Assembly: GCA_028534125.1 (NCBI GenBank)
Contig: CM052816.1
Location: 21,018,001-21,082,000 of the forward strand
DNA from: Lama glama
Taxonomy: Eukaryota
Length of the DNA stretch: 64,000 bases
Direction of reading: 5' to 3'
This document shows positions 41,604 to 52,402 of the stretch, piece after piece (position 1 is the first letter of the stretch; every line of letters starts with the position of its first letter). A program made the position numbers and the translations under genes. Under the pieces are notes generated by a model. The model made no database searches. It worked only from the letters and a program-made list of their open reading frames with translations, and was not told where the DNA came from.

Positions 41604-42565
41604 GAACCCTTCCATCAGTGGACCTGCTGTTTAACCTGGATCGTGTTACTGCTGTTGAACATTTACTCAAGTCAGTCTTGCTATACACTTTCAGCAATTC
41701 CGTTGCTTTTCCTTCTGCTAAATGTGTGTGTAACCTGGTGATTAAAGAGCCAGAGCTTTCTAGCAAGACTCTCCCTAAAGCTCCAAACTCATTTACCGTT
41801 AACTCACAGTTTGAATTTAGAAAGAAATACAAATGGATTGAGATTGATGTGACCGCTCTCCTTCAGCCTCTAGTGGCCTCCAACAGGAGGAGTATTCACA
41901 TGTCTGTAAATTTTACATGTCTGACAGCCCAGCCGCAGCGTCCTTCAGCACAGAAAAGTCCACTTCATACGACTCTCCTGGTGCCCCCCTCTCTGCTTTT
42001 ATATCTGAATGACACAAGTGCTGAGGCTTATCACAGGCGGTATTCCCACCACCATAAAAGGAGGCCTTCACAGGTTCCTGACCAGAAGGGAGGGCTGTCC
42101 GCTTATCCCACGGGAGAAGAGGCTGCTGAGCCTGTAAGAGCTTCCCGTCACCGGAGAGATCAGGAAACGGTCAGCTCTGAATTGAAGAAGCCTCTGGTTC
42201 CAGCTTCATTCAATCTGAGTGAATACTTCAAACAGTTTCTTTTTCCCCAGAATGAGTGTGAGCTCCATGACTTTAGACTTAGCTTTAGTCAGCTGAAGTG
42301 GGACAGCTGGATTGTGGCCCCACGCAAATACAACCCTCGATACTGTAAAGGGGACTGTCCGAGGGCAGCAGGACATCGGTATGGCTCCCCTGTTCACACC
42401 ATGGTGCAGAACGTCATCCATGAAAAGCTCGACCCCTCAGTGCCGCGCTCGTCCTGTGTGCCTGCCAAGTACAGCCCTTTGAGTGTTTTGACCATTGAGA
42501 CTGATGGCTCAATTGCTTATAAAGAATATGAAGATATGATAGCCACTCAGTGCACCTGTCGTTAA
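41604..42565 (+). CDS. GDF9: GDF9 exon 2 (prodomain, RHRR furin site, TGF-beta mature domain)
   Basis: ttcttctcag acceptor; ends EDMIATQCTCR*; six-cysteine pattern lacking the dimerisation Cys, as in GDF9/BMP15; total 452 aa. Confidence 0.98.
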
Positions 42566-42935
42566 CATTGGGCCCTCTGAACTAAAATCTTGAGCCTCTC
42601 AGGCAAAATAAATGCTGTGTGCCTATCTGTGCCTTCAGGAAAAAGCTTCGTGTGTCAGATCTCTATAAGGCAGTGTGCGTCGTGTAAAGGGGGCCTGTGC
42701 AGATTAGCACATTCGGTGGTATCTGTCAGTGTAAAGGGCTAACATCTGCCTTTTTATTTCCAAGTGTAAATGAGTTGCCATTATTTTGGAGAGCTTTAAA
42801 TTTTTTTCCCTGAGTTATTTTTTTCTTTTCGGAGAAGTCTTGTTTTTGATGTAAAAACTTAATTAGCATAAATTGTGGTTGGGATTGCAGCACTGAATAG
42901 ACAATTCAGAGTGCTATAGTCTTGTTTAATGGAAG

Positions 42936-42941
42936 AATAAA
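42936..42941 (+). terminator. GDF9: GDF9 polyadenylation signal (distal; a proximal AATAAA is at 42607-42612)
   Basis: AATAAA followed by a GU-rich tract (ttgtctgtgtgt). Confidence 0.6.
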
Positions 42942-43689
42942 TTTCTGTCAGAGGCAAAAATTGTCTGTGTGTAACTTTAATTAAAGATTTGCTTTTAAAT
43001 TGTCATTTGATAGGGAGAGAAAGTATATTGAAAAGCTAGTCTTGGCTCAACTTTTTATCCCTTTTGCAGAGTGAAAGATACTAACTTCTCCCTAAATCCC
43101 CATCAAGTGAGAGACCCTAGACTAGAGAATATGCAATGTAACCCATTTCTGTTGTATTTGTGATTAGTGCTAACTCTGCTCCTTAGATGGCTAGTGTAAA
43201 TCAGCTGACTCACATCAAACAGTAACATTTGTCCCATTTATTTAAAGGAAATTGCTTGCAAATTTTCCCAAGAAAATGCAGTGTTCAAGATTTTTGAAAT
43301 GTACCATCTCCTTTATATAGTTAAAATTTCTGACCCTTTGGAAGGAGGTCAGGAAGCACTTTTTCCTTTGTTGGTTGGTTTTTGCTGCTTTCCCTCAGCT
43401 CCCATCACTCCACCCCCAAAGATTTTTTCCAGGTGGATTTAGTACTGTTAGCACTAAATGAAGTTGGCAGCGGCTAGGTTATATTACAGAGCGGGCCTTG
43501 TTTGGGTATGAGGGCTTTCCTGTAAATCTACCCTGAGAGAGCCCTGGAGGTACAGAGTTGGGGCTAATGCAGTGATTTCTGTTTCAGAGTTCGTAAAACC
43601 CTGCTCTACAAATTAAGATCGTAAGAAGTACTTCTTGTAAATGATCTTTGCTTGGTGCTTAGTGTCTAAAGAAGTCAGCTGGGGTTTTG

Positions 43690-44150
43690 ATTTAAATTAG
43701 TTAGAGATGTATTGTCATCTTAACAATGTTAAGTCTTCATTCCACAAACATGGGATGTTTTCCATCTATTCAGTTCCTTTTTTCATTTCTTTCAACAATG
43801 TCTTGTTTTTTAAGTATGATTTGTGCTTTCCACTGTTAAATTGATTTCTAGGTATTTTGTTCTTTTTGATGCTATTGGGAATGGAATTTTTTTTTTAATT
43901 TCTAAATGTTATTGAAGTATAGTCAGTTTATGATGCTGTGTCAGTTTCTGGTGTACAGCATGTTTCAGTCATGCATTTACACACATATATTCCTTTTCAT
44001 ATTCTTTTTCATTATAGCTTACTAGAAGATGTTGAATATAGTTCCATATGCTATACCGTAGAAACGTGCTGATTACCTATCTTATATATATTAGTTAATA
44101 TCTATAAATTGGAATTGTTTTCTTAACTTCATTTTTTAATTGTTTCCTAG
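43690..44150 (-). mobile_element. L1 fragments (older L1 with a nested younger 3' end at ~43895-44105)
   Basis: L1 antisense motifs (ggtattttgttctttttgatgctatt; ttgaagtatagtcagttta). Confidence 0.65.
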
Positions 44151-46413
44151 TGCTATGTTGCATACACATTACTGCACATACAGACAGAAATGCTCTATTA
44201 CCTGCTCATGATTTTTTTCCTCTAAAAAACATTTTTCAGAAAAATAGGATGGAAAACAAGTTTTGGGTGGCCCAATTTCCAAATAACTTTGCCATCTTGT
44301 GTAACCTGAAGGAGTCATTATTTGTAAATGATGTTGCAAGTATAAGAGAGAAATGGTATTTCAAGGGTTTTGAATCATCCTCTGTCATTCCTAGCAGTAT
44401 AGAATGGCAAGGGCATGAGTAATGGTGGGAGGGTACAATTGAGCCTATTTGAAGGTAAATCTCCTTGAAATATGGCTGTTGTCAAATGGACAGAATGGAA
44501 TCTATCAACTTTAAGGGTTCTTCATAGCTGCCAGTTACCCTAAACTGACTTTTTCCCCCCTGAAACAGGGGAATTTGTTTTGCTTTGTTGTTTCTGTCTT
44601 TTTCCACGGCCTCGTTCTGTGGCTGAGTAAGGAATATGGTCTGTAATCAGAGGTTTTGAAAAGAAGAAAATGAAGGAGTGGTTCTGATGGAAGTTAAGTA
44701 TTAGTCAATGCCAAAAAGAGGACTAGAAAAATAGTCCATCCGTATAGGTAAGTTCTAAAATTGACTTCAGACACTTCGGCACAGTGTGGTGGGGCTACAG
44801 CTGAGTAATGATAGCTCGAAGAACTCTAAGCTTGCCGCCTCCCCCTCCACCCTTAGGCTTCATTTATAAATCTAGTCTCTTTCATTCATTGGACAGTGTT
44901 AATACTCAGGGCTTATATATCTGCTACATTTAAACTTCAAAGATTCTCTTCTACACAATTGAGGAGGATCTAATAGTCTCCCAACTGCCTCCTCTGTATG
45001 AAACCTGTTTTTCTTCGGTTACTTTGATAAAAGCTGCTGCTTTAGAAAATAAATGGGAAAGGACAACAGTGATTTCGATCTGGAAATTCAAGGATGAGGC
45101 TACATCTACCTTAAATAGATGCATTCAGGTTTGGAATTTAGTCCAGATGAGATAGGAGGTCACCTAATGTGATGAGTGCCTTAGTGTGCCAAGGAACAAT
45201 GGGCCATGTCAGGAGCTGGGTTCACCTTCAGCTCTGAGTTTCCTGCTTTTATCAGTTTAAATCAACTCCTGTGTTACGTTAAATACTTGGCGTTTTACTA
45301 ATCAGCTTCAAGGGCAGCAGCCACTGAATGTGATTTAGAACTCAGTTTAGACAGCCTCTGGGAAAAATGAAGTTCTGGCATAAGGTAAAGGAGGGAGGTA
45401 TTCATGGCCATATAAGCCATAAAGAAGAAATGCTCAGATGAAAGAACTTGTTTTATCTCAAAACTTTCAGCAGTGGATTTTAATTTGCAACTTCGGAGGG
45501 TTTTTAATTTATAACATAATTGAAGTGAAATTAAAACACTGAAAATATTCTTTAGATTATTTAGAGGATGGAAATCCCCAAAGCATTTCTTAGGTATATA
45601 GATTGACTAAATGGATTGATACATTAGAAAACTAAGCTGTTCTGTAAATTAACTGTTCTCTAAATATAAACAACCAGGAGATTCGGACACTCAATCCTTT
45701 ACCAGAATTGACAAGTGAAGTAGGTTCTCTTCATGTGGTTAATTACCAAACCACAGATTTACTAGTCAGTTTTTGGAAAGGGCCTAGATTTTTCAGTAAG
45801 ACTAGGACTATTTCAGTATCCATTTAAATAACAGGATTTTATAGATGGCCTGACAGTATTTCTCCGTCCTACTTTACTATGTAATACAATTTGTATGAAA
45901 GCACTGAGTAGTGAGTTATGTGTAGATAAGGGCCACTTGTACATTTTGGACATCTTAATAAGAATAAATGCTTTGTGAATGGTTTAGAGTCATTTATAGG
46001 CCTGTGTTTGGTGCTGAAGTCTTTGCACATGGGAATGCTATAACGGGGAGTGTTAGGAGTTTGCAGCTTGTGCCTGAATGTCATTTGGGCCTTCTCAGAA
46101 ATAATTAGCCCGTTGAATAAATATTTATTGAACCTTGACTATGCGTCAGCTACTGTGTGTGGTTAAGAACAGAGTCTGATGTCCTCAGCTCCAGGAAAAA
46201 TAGATCACATACCAGAAATGGAGACTTCCTTTTTCACCCTAAGTTCCATCAATGAGTATGTGTCACCTTAGAACGTTCTCTGGAGAAAGACATTTTGGGG
46301 GTTGTACTACATAAGCTGGCTGAATGAACACTAAATTATCTTACTTCGAGAATTTCTTAAATTAAACTTTTAAAAGATAATGAGATTCACATGCAATTGT
46401 AAGAAATAAAAGA

Positions 46414-46531
46414 GGGGAGGGTCTATCTCAATTGTAGAGTATATGCTTAGCATGCACAGGGTCCTGGGTTCAATTCCGCAGTACCTCCACAAAATAAATA
46501 AATAAACCTAATTACGTCCTCCTCCCCCAAA
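46414..46531 (+). mobile_element. tRNA-derived SINE (Vic-1-like) nested in an old L1 fragment
   Basis: Same consensus; short TSD aaaagag. Confidence 0.82.
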
Positions 46532-46789
46532 AGAGAAAGAGACACCATGTATCCTTTATCCAGTTATCTCAATGATATCTTACACAACTATAGCATACTG
46601 TCACAACTAGGGTATTGACATTGTTACACTAGGTTAGAATTTTTCACAATTGAAACTTACTTGGGTCAAGGGAAATGTTGACCCTAACATCAATGAAATT
46701 TTGATACCTCCTGATGGAATTAATGGTTCAGCATTTTTTCAACTTAACATTTTACCTCTACCCTTGAAACTTTGAGTCTTTTAAACTAC

Positions 46790-47300
46790 AAATACCTATT
46801 CAGTAAATATTTCTTGGGTACATTTGGGCCAGGGACTGCTCTAGATGCTAGTGTAAGGATGATAAACAAGATAGACTTGGCACTTGCTCTCAGGGAACTT
46901 CTGTTACAGTGGGGAGAGACAGGAAGTAAACTATTAAACAACATAAGCAGCCATGTACTTCTCGGCAGAACAAAGGGAGATGAGAACAAGCTTGCCTTCT
47001 AAGACCAGAAAGAACTGGGTATAACAAGTAAGTGAGGAAGGAGAGAGAGTGAGTGGATCGCCAATTGGAGCCAGAGAAGGTGAGGTGGAAGAAACCGGCA
47101 GAGCAGAGGATACAAGGGCAAGTCAGACAGCTCACGGGGATAGGATTTTGATGCCAAGTTCAATAGGAAGCCCTGAAGAGTGTTTAATCGAGGGCCTAAA
47201 ATGGTTAGATTCATTTTTTAAAAGATCATTGCAGTGTTCTGTGTTTGACAGACAAGTCTTAAGCAGGGAGACCTTCTGGGGTTTAGGGGGCTATCGTCAT
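46790..47300 (-). repeat. L2 3' fragment
   Basis: attcagtaaatatttcttgg...cttgctctcagggaactt...gtggggagagaca L2-type motifs. Confidence 0.55.
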
Positions 47301-48470
47301 GGTCCAGGTGAGAGGAGACACTGTCTACGTGTCTTGACAGTGGAGAATGGGATGCAGAGACATGAAAAAACTTGGAATTTATTTTTGTGGCTTCTGTTTT
47401 TTACTTGGCCTGTCTCTCTGAGGTTGTAGGATGGCAACCTTCTACCAAGAGAGGAAACTTAGGTCCTTACGGTGAAATGAGAGGGTAAAACTTATTCCAT
47501 TCCCTGGCTTCATATCCCCACCCACATGAGCTGCCTCTTAATTATGATTTTTCTTCTGTATGTTTTTTTCTTTCAGTTTGGAGGCTTTTCTCAAATGTCT
47601 TTTGTTGTCCATTTATAAGAGTAAGGCTCTAGAAAGCTGTTGGAAGCCCTGCATTAGAGTGTGGGATATGTTAATTAATGGGCCCTTCGGTTTGAAGCCT
47701 CTCTGTTTAAATTTTTCCTCAAAAGAATTGGCCGGTCTTCTGGTGGGAGGAAGATGGGGCAAAGATACACACCTATCTGGTGAAAATTGGTCATCTTAGA
47801 GCCCAGCAATGGAAAGGGCTACCTAATCCCTTTTCATCCCAATGTTGCATCTCTTACCCCAGTCTTCACCATGCCTGGAGTTCATTTGTCTGGAGCCTCT
47901 TTGGTTCAACTCTTGCACAGAATCAATCCCTAGTCTCTTGCTGGGCTGGGGGAGGGGTGGTCCCTTAGTTACTTGGGATGGGTCCAGTTGTTCCTGCTGC
48001 AGACTTGGGCAGTACCCACTCACAGTCATAGGTGGCACCTCCGCATTTCATGGCACACGGCATCTTCATTTCCTGGGCTTTCCCAGGGTTCTGTGCTGTG
48101 ACTCACCTAGGTTCTCCTTGATGTCCCCACTCCTGCCAGGTTTAGATTTCCTTTTTAATTAGCTCTGCTCACTCTTCTGGCCAATTTTCAGCCCAAAACT
48201 TTGTTCACACATCTGCGGTGCTCACCTCACCTACTCTTTGCCCTATGGGTATATTTGATATTCACTTCTTGTAATGTTACTGGGAGGGACTAGAGATAAA
48301 TGCATGTGTTCAGCTCTCCAAATCAAAAAGGGGCACTTCTTTAAGTACCTTGTCAAGTCCTTGTTCAAATCTCTACTTAGAGAAAGTAGGTAAGAAAAAG
48401 TCTATAGCAAACTGTAGTCCCTTTGTGACCTGCAAAGAACTTTCTACATGTTGTCTGTTTGATGAGTTCT

Positions 48471-48962
48471 TTTTTTTTAGTTTTTTTAACACTTTTATTG
48501 ATTTTTAATCATTTTACAATGTTGTGTCAAATTGCAGTGTACAGCACAATTTTTCAGTTATACATGAACATATATATATTCATTGTCACATTTTTTTTCT
48601 CCATGAACTACCATAAGATCTTGTATATATTTCCCTGTGCTATACAATATAATCTTGTTTATCTATTCTACAGTTTTGAAATCCCAGGCTATCCCTTCCC
48701 ACCCTCTGCCCCCTTGGCAACCACAAGTTTGTATTCTATGTCTATGAGTCTATTTCTGTTTTGTATTTATGCTTTGTGTGTGTGTGTGTGTTTTTTTTTT
48801 TAGATTCCACATATGAGTGATCTCATATGGTATTTTTCTTTCTCTTTCTGGCTTACTTCACTTAGAATGACATTCTCCAGGAGCATCCATGTTGCTGCAA
48901 ATGGTGTTATATTGTCAGTTTTTATGGCTGAGTAGTATTCCATTGTATAAATATACCACATA
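48471..48962 (-). mobile_element. Young 5'-truncated L1 3' end
   Basis: MWYIYTMEYYSAIK ORF2-end motif; TSD tttgatga(g/c)ttcttt at 48458-48472 and 48963-48977. Confidence 0.88.
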
Positions 48963-49589
48963 TTTGATGACTTCTTTAAACTCCTGCATCTAATCCTTGT
49001 CCCGTGAGTTTTGTGGAAGGAAAGTAGAAGGGAGTCTGAAGCAGGAGAACATCTAAAATTTGGACTGTGTACCATATTTAACAACAACAACAAAAAAGTA
49101 ACTCATTAGACAGTATTGACTAGCAGGACCAAACTACTTACCGATAAACAATCTGAAATTTTGCCTAAACATAGAAAAACAGTTCAATTGTAACTGGGGA
49201 AAAGGAGCTTAACAGGTTATTTTAATAAGCAAAATAAAGGTTAATGTGCCCAACTTCCATTGCATCATTTGCCAGGAAAATTTATGCTGCAAACTTTGTA
49301 AATCATTGCATAATTGGAGGAGAAACCATTCAGGATTGTAAGTTTTCATTGTGTTCATGCCCTTGGCCATTACCAGTTTGAGAAATGTTTGTAAAAGGCT
49401 AAAGCAGGGTTGTGGATTTGAAGAAATCTTGGGGATTTTCTGAGTTGATGCCACACATTGAGCACTTTCTAGAACTAAAGTGTTCATGACTTCATCTTCT
49501 TCAGCTCCTTCTTCAACAAAACTACAGGCAAATGAGCTAAAAAGAGTAGTAGGTAGGTATACCCCAGGGAACAGAGTAGCTAAAAGCAT

Positions 49590-49790
49590 GAGCTCTGGCA
49601 CCGCCCTGGCTATACTTTCAGGCAAGTGAGCTAACATCTCTGAACCCAGTTTCATCATCCTTAAAATGGGGATACAAATAGAACCTCTTTTTTCTATTTT
49701 TTAGGGTTGTGAGGATTAAATAAGTTAATACACGTAAAGAGCTTAGAACAATATCAGGCAAACAGATTCTCACAAAGCGCTGCTTTTATT
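49590..49790 (+). repeat. MIR SINE fossil
   Basis: ggcaagtgagctaacatctctgaacccagtttcatcatccttaaaatgggg core. Confidence 0.7.
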
Positions 49791-49819
49791 AGAACCACCG
49801 TAACTCAGTTGCTCTGAAG

Positions 49820-50171
49820 CTGTGCCATCCAGTATGGTAGTCATTCACAAGCTATGTGTGGCTATTGAGCATTTAACATGTGGCTTATCAAAGTTGACAT
49901 GACCTATGAATGTAAAATACACACCAGATCTCAAAGACGGGATGAAAAAAAGAATGTAAAATATAAATTTTGTTACATTGGTTGCATGCTGAAAAGATAA
50001 TATTTTGATTTATTGGATCTATTTGGATATAGTAAATATGTATATGTATATATTTAATATATATTAAGATTTATTTCACCTGTTTCTTTTTTTCCCACTT
50101 TTTTAATGTGGCCATTAGATACCGTCAAACTACATATGTGGCTCATATTCTCTTTCTGTTGGACAGCACAG
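49820..50171. mobile_element. MER33-like hAT-Charlie fossil
   Basis: Inverted termini ctgtgccatccag / ttggacagcacag; internal tgtaaaatacacaccagat motif. Confidence 0.72.
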
Positions 50172-50265
50172 CAGTCTCTTCCTCATGTGATTTCACTCTT
50201 AACTCCACCCTGATATGGCCCCCCCAAGGAAGAGCTCATGACACTTAAAAAGCACATAAATTATA

Positions 50266-50447
50266 CAATCGGCCCTCTGTATCAACTAGGTTCTGCATCT
50301 GGATTCAACCAGTCTTGGGGTGTGCAACCCTCATATATGGAGAGCTGACTGTATACATCACTTTCTATATGGGACTTGAGCATCATGGATTTTGGTATCC
50401 GCAGGGAGTCCTGGAACCAATCCCCCTGGATACTGATGGAAACACTG
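50266..50447. mobile_element. MER2-like Tigger fossil, internally deleted
   Basis: ggccctctgtatc...gggacttgagcatc...ggattttggtatcc...ggaaccaatcccc...gatactga. Confidence 0.72.
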
Positions 50448-51254
50448 TGTATTTACTAAGCTGATAAATTTCCTTCCTCCTAGCTTTGTCTTTTGAATAA
50501 TAATTGATACTCAAATGTACTTCTTTCCCACTATGGAACTGCCCAAGCCTGGGAGAATTATCAATGGTAAAAGGTGATTCACAGCTCTTGCTGCTGAAAA
50601 TAGTCACAACAATTTGAGGAAAGAGGCTCAGATTGATATACATATGTGAAGCATGTGTTAATTTTCTGTAGCTACCTTTGGAGTGTAGTTCTTAGGGGCT
50701 GTCTGATTTTCTGTCCTTTCCAAGTCAAAGGAACGGACAGAAACTTTGTTCTGCCAAACTTCTTTTTCTTCCATGCAACTACACACATGAAGCTGAGAAC
50801 TACCACATAGATACACATACGGTGTCAGGGTTGGAATATGCCTTGACTTGATAAATCCTGGAAATAATTTAGATATTCTCAATACAGTTTTAAGTCACAT
50901 CAAAATTTGTTAACAAGTAGCACTAGGCTATGTACTTCTGAACAGTCTCGTTTGTATTACTGCTAAAGACTCTTGTTTTAAAAAATAATTAGTAGATTTT
51001 AATTCCTGACTTGCAAGATGCTTTTAGGTCTGTGGGCAGATGGTGCTCTGAACTAGGGGGTAAATTAGTACAAGAATGCATGAGTTTTCTTTCTGCTTTT
51101 AAAGGCACACTCTTAAAATGTCAGAGTGGTTACAACACTTGGAGACCGTCTCTTGCTTTGTATGTGAAGATCTTGAGCAAGAATGGGCCAACATCAGCAA
51201 CAACTGTTAGCCGTATATGTATATGTGTGCGTCTGTAATACATGTGCAGAGAGA

Positions 51255-52094
51255 AAAACTGACATACCCTAAAATTCACTACTTCAAAGTATGCAATTTA
51301 GTGATTTTTAGTATACTCACAAGGTTGTGCAGTATCACTGATATCTAATTCCAGGACATCTCCATCATCCAAAAATGAAACATCATACCAGTTAATACTC
51401 TTCACACCCATTCCTCCCAGCCTCTAACAACCACTCTTCTGTTTTCTGTCTCTCCGGATTTGCCTCTTCTAGACATTTCATGTAAGTAGAATCATACAAT
51501 ATGGGGTCTTTTTGCCTGGTTTCTTCCACTTAGCATGTCTTAAGGTCCATCGTTGTAGCTTGTACTTAAGCATCAGTACTTAATTTCTTTTTATGGCTAA
51601 ATAATATGCCANNNNNNNNNNNNNNNNNNNNNNNNNNNNNNNNNNNNNNNNNNNNNNNNNNNNNNNNNNNNNNNNNNNNNNNNNNNNNNNNNNNNNNNNN
51701 NNNNNNNNNNNNNNNNNNNNNNNNNNNNNNNNNNNNNNNNNNNNNNNNNNNNNNNNNNNNNNNNNNNNNTGAAATTGCTGGCGCATATGGTAACTGTCTT
51801 GAATTTTTGATGAACTGTCAAATTGTTTCCAAAGCAGTTGCACCCTTTTTCATTCCCTGCAATAGTGCGTGAAGATTCCTATTTCTCTACATCCTTGCCA
51901 ATACTTAATGTCTGTCTTTTGATTATAGCCATTAAGTGGGTGTGAAGTGGTACTTTGTGNNNNNNNNNNNNNNNNNNNNNNNNNNNNNNNNNNNNNNNNN
52001 NNNNNNNNNNNNNNNNNNNNNNNNNNNNNNNNNNNNNNNNNNNNNNNNNNNNNNNNNNNNNNNNNNNNNNNNNNNNNNNNNNNNNNNNNNNNNN
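51255..52094 (-). mobile_element. L1 (L1M-type) 3' fragment, partly masked
   Basis: Antisense L1 3'UTR and ORF2-end motifs. Confidence 0.7.
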
Positions 52095-52231
52095 GTAAGC
52101 TGTTAAGCATGATAAGGTGAGTCTAATTTAGATAAAGCACTCACTGCTCCAGGAAGAACAGAGAATGTCAGTTTGGCTTTATTTTTAATTCTTTTCAAGC
52201 ATTTACTACAGTTTTTAAAAGAACCCTTGTT

Positions 52232-52402
52232 GGGGATAGGATAGCTCAAGTGGTAGAGTACATGCTTAGCATGCATGAGGTCCTGGGTTCAATCCCCAGT
52301 ACCTCCTCTAAAAGTAAATAAGCCTAATTACCTACCCCTCTCCCACTAAAATAATTAAATAATACAATAATTTAAAAAGTAAAATGTTTTAAAAAATAAA
52401 AT
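52232..52402 (+). mobile_element. tRNA-derived SINE (Vic-1-like)
   Basis: Same consensus; TSD aacccttgtt at 52222-52231 and 52403-52412. Confidence 0.87.

Larger units (their letters stand above)
44236..51203 (-). pseudogene. Candidate decayed multi-exon gene of unknown identity
   Basis: Several AG/GT-bounded, stop-poor minus-strand segments in non-repeat DNA (see findings); no homologue recognised. Confidence 0.35.

Noticed and set aside
42440-42460. Missing intermolecular cysteine in GDF9 (RSSC instead of xPCC)
   Set aside because: A known feature of GDF9/BMP15, not novel.
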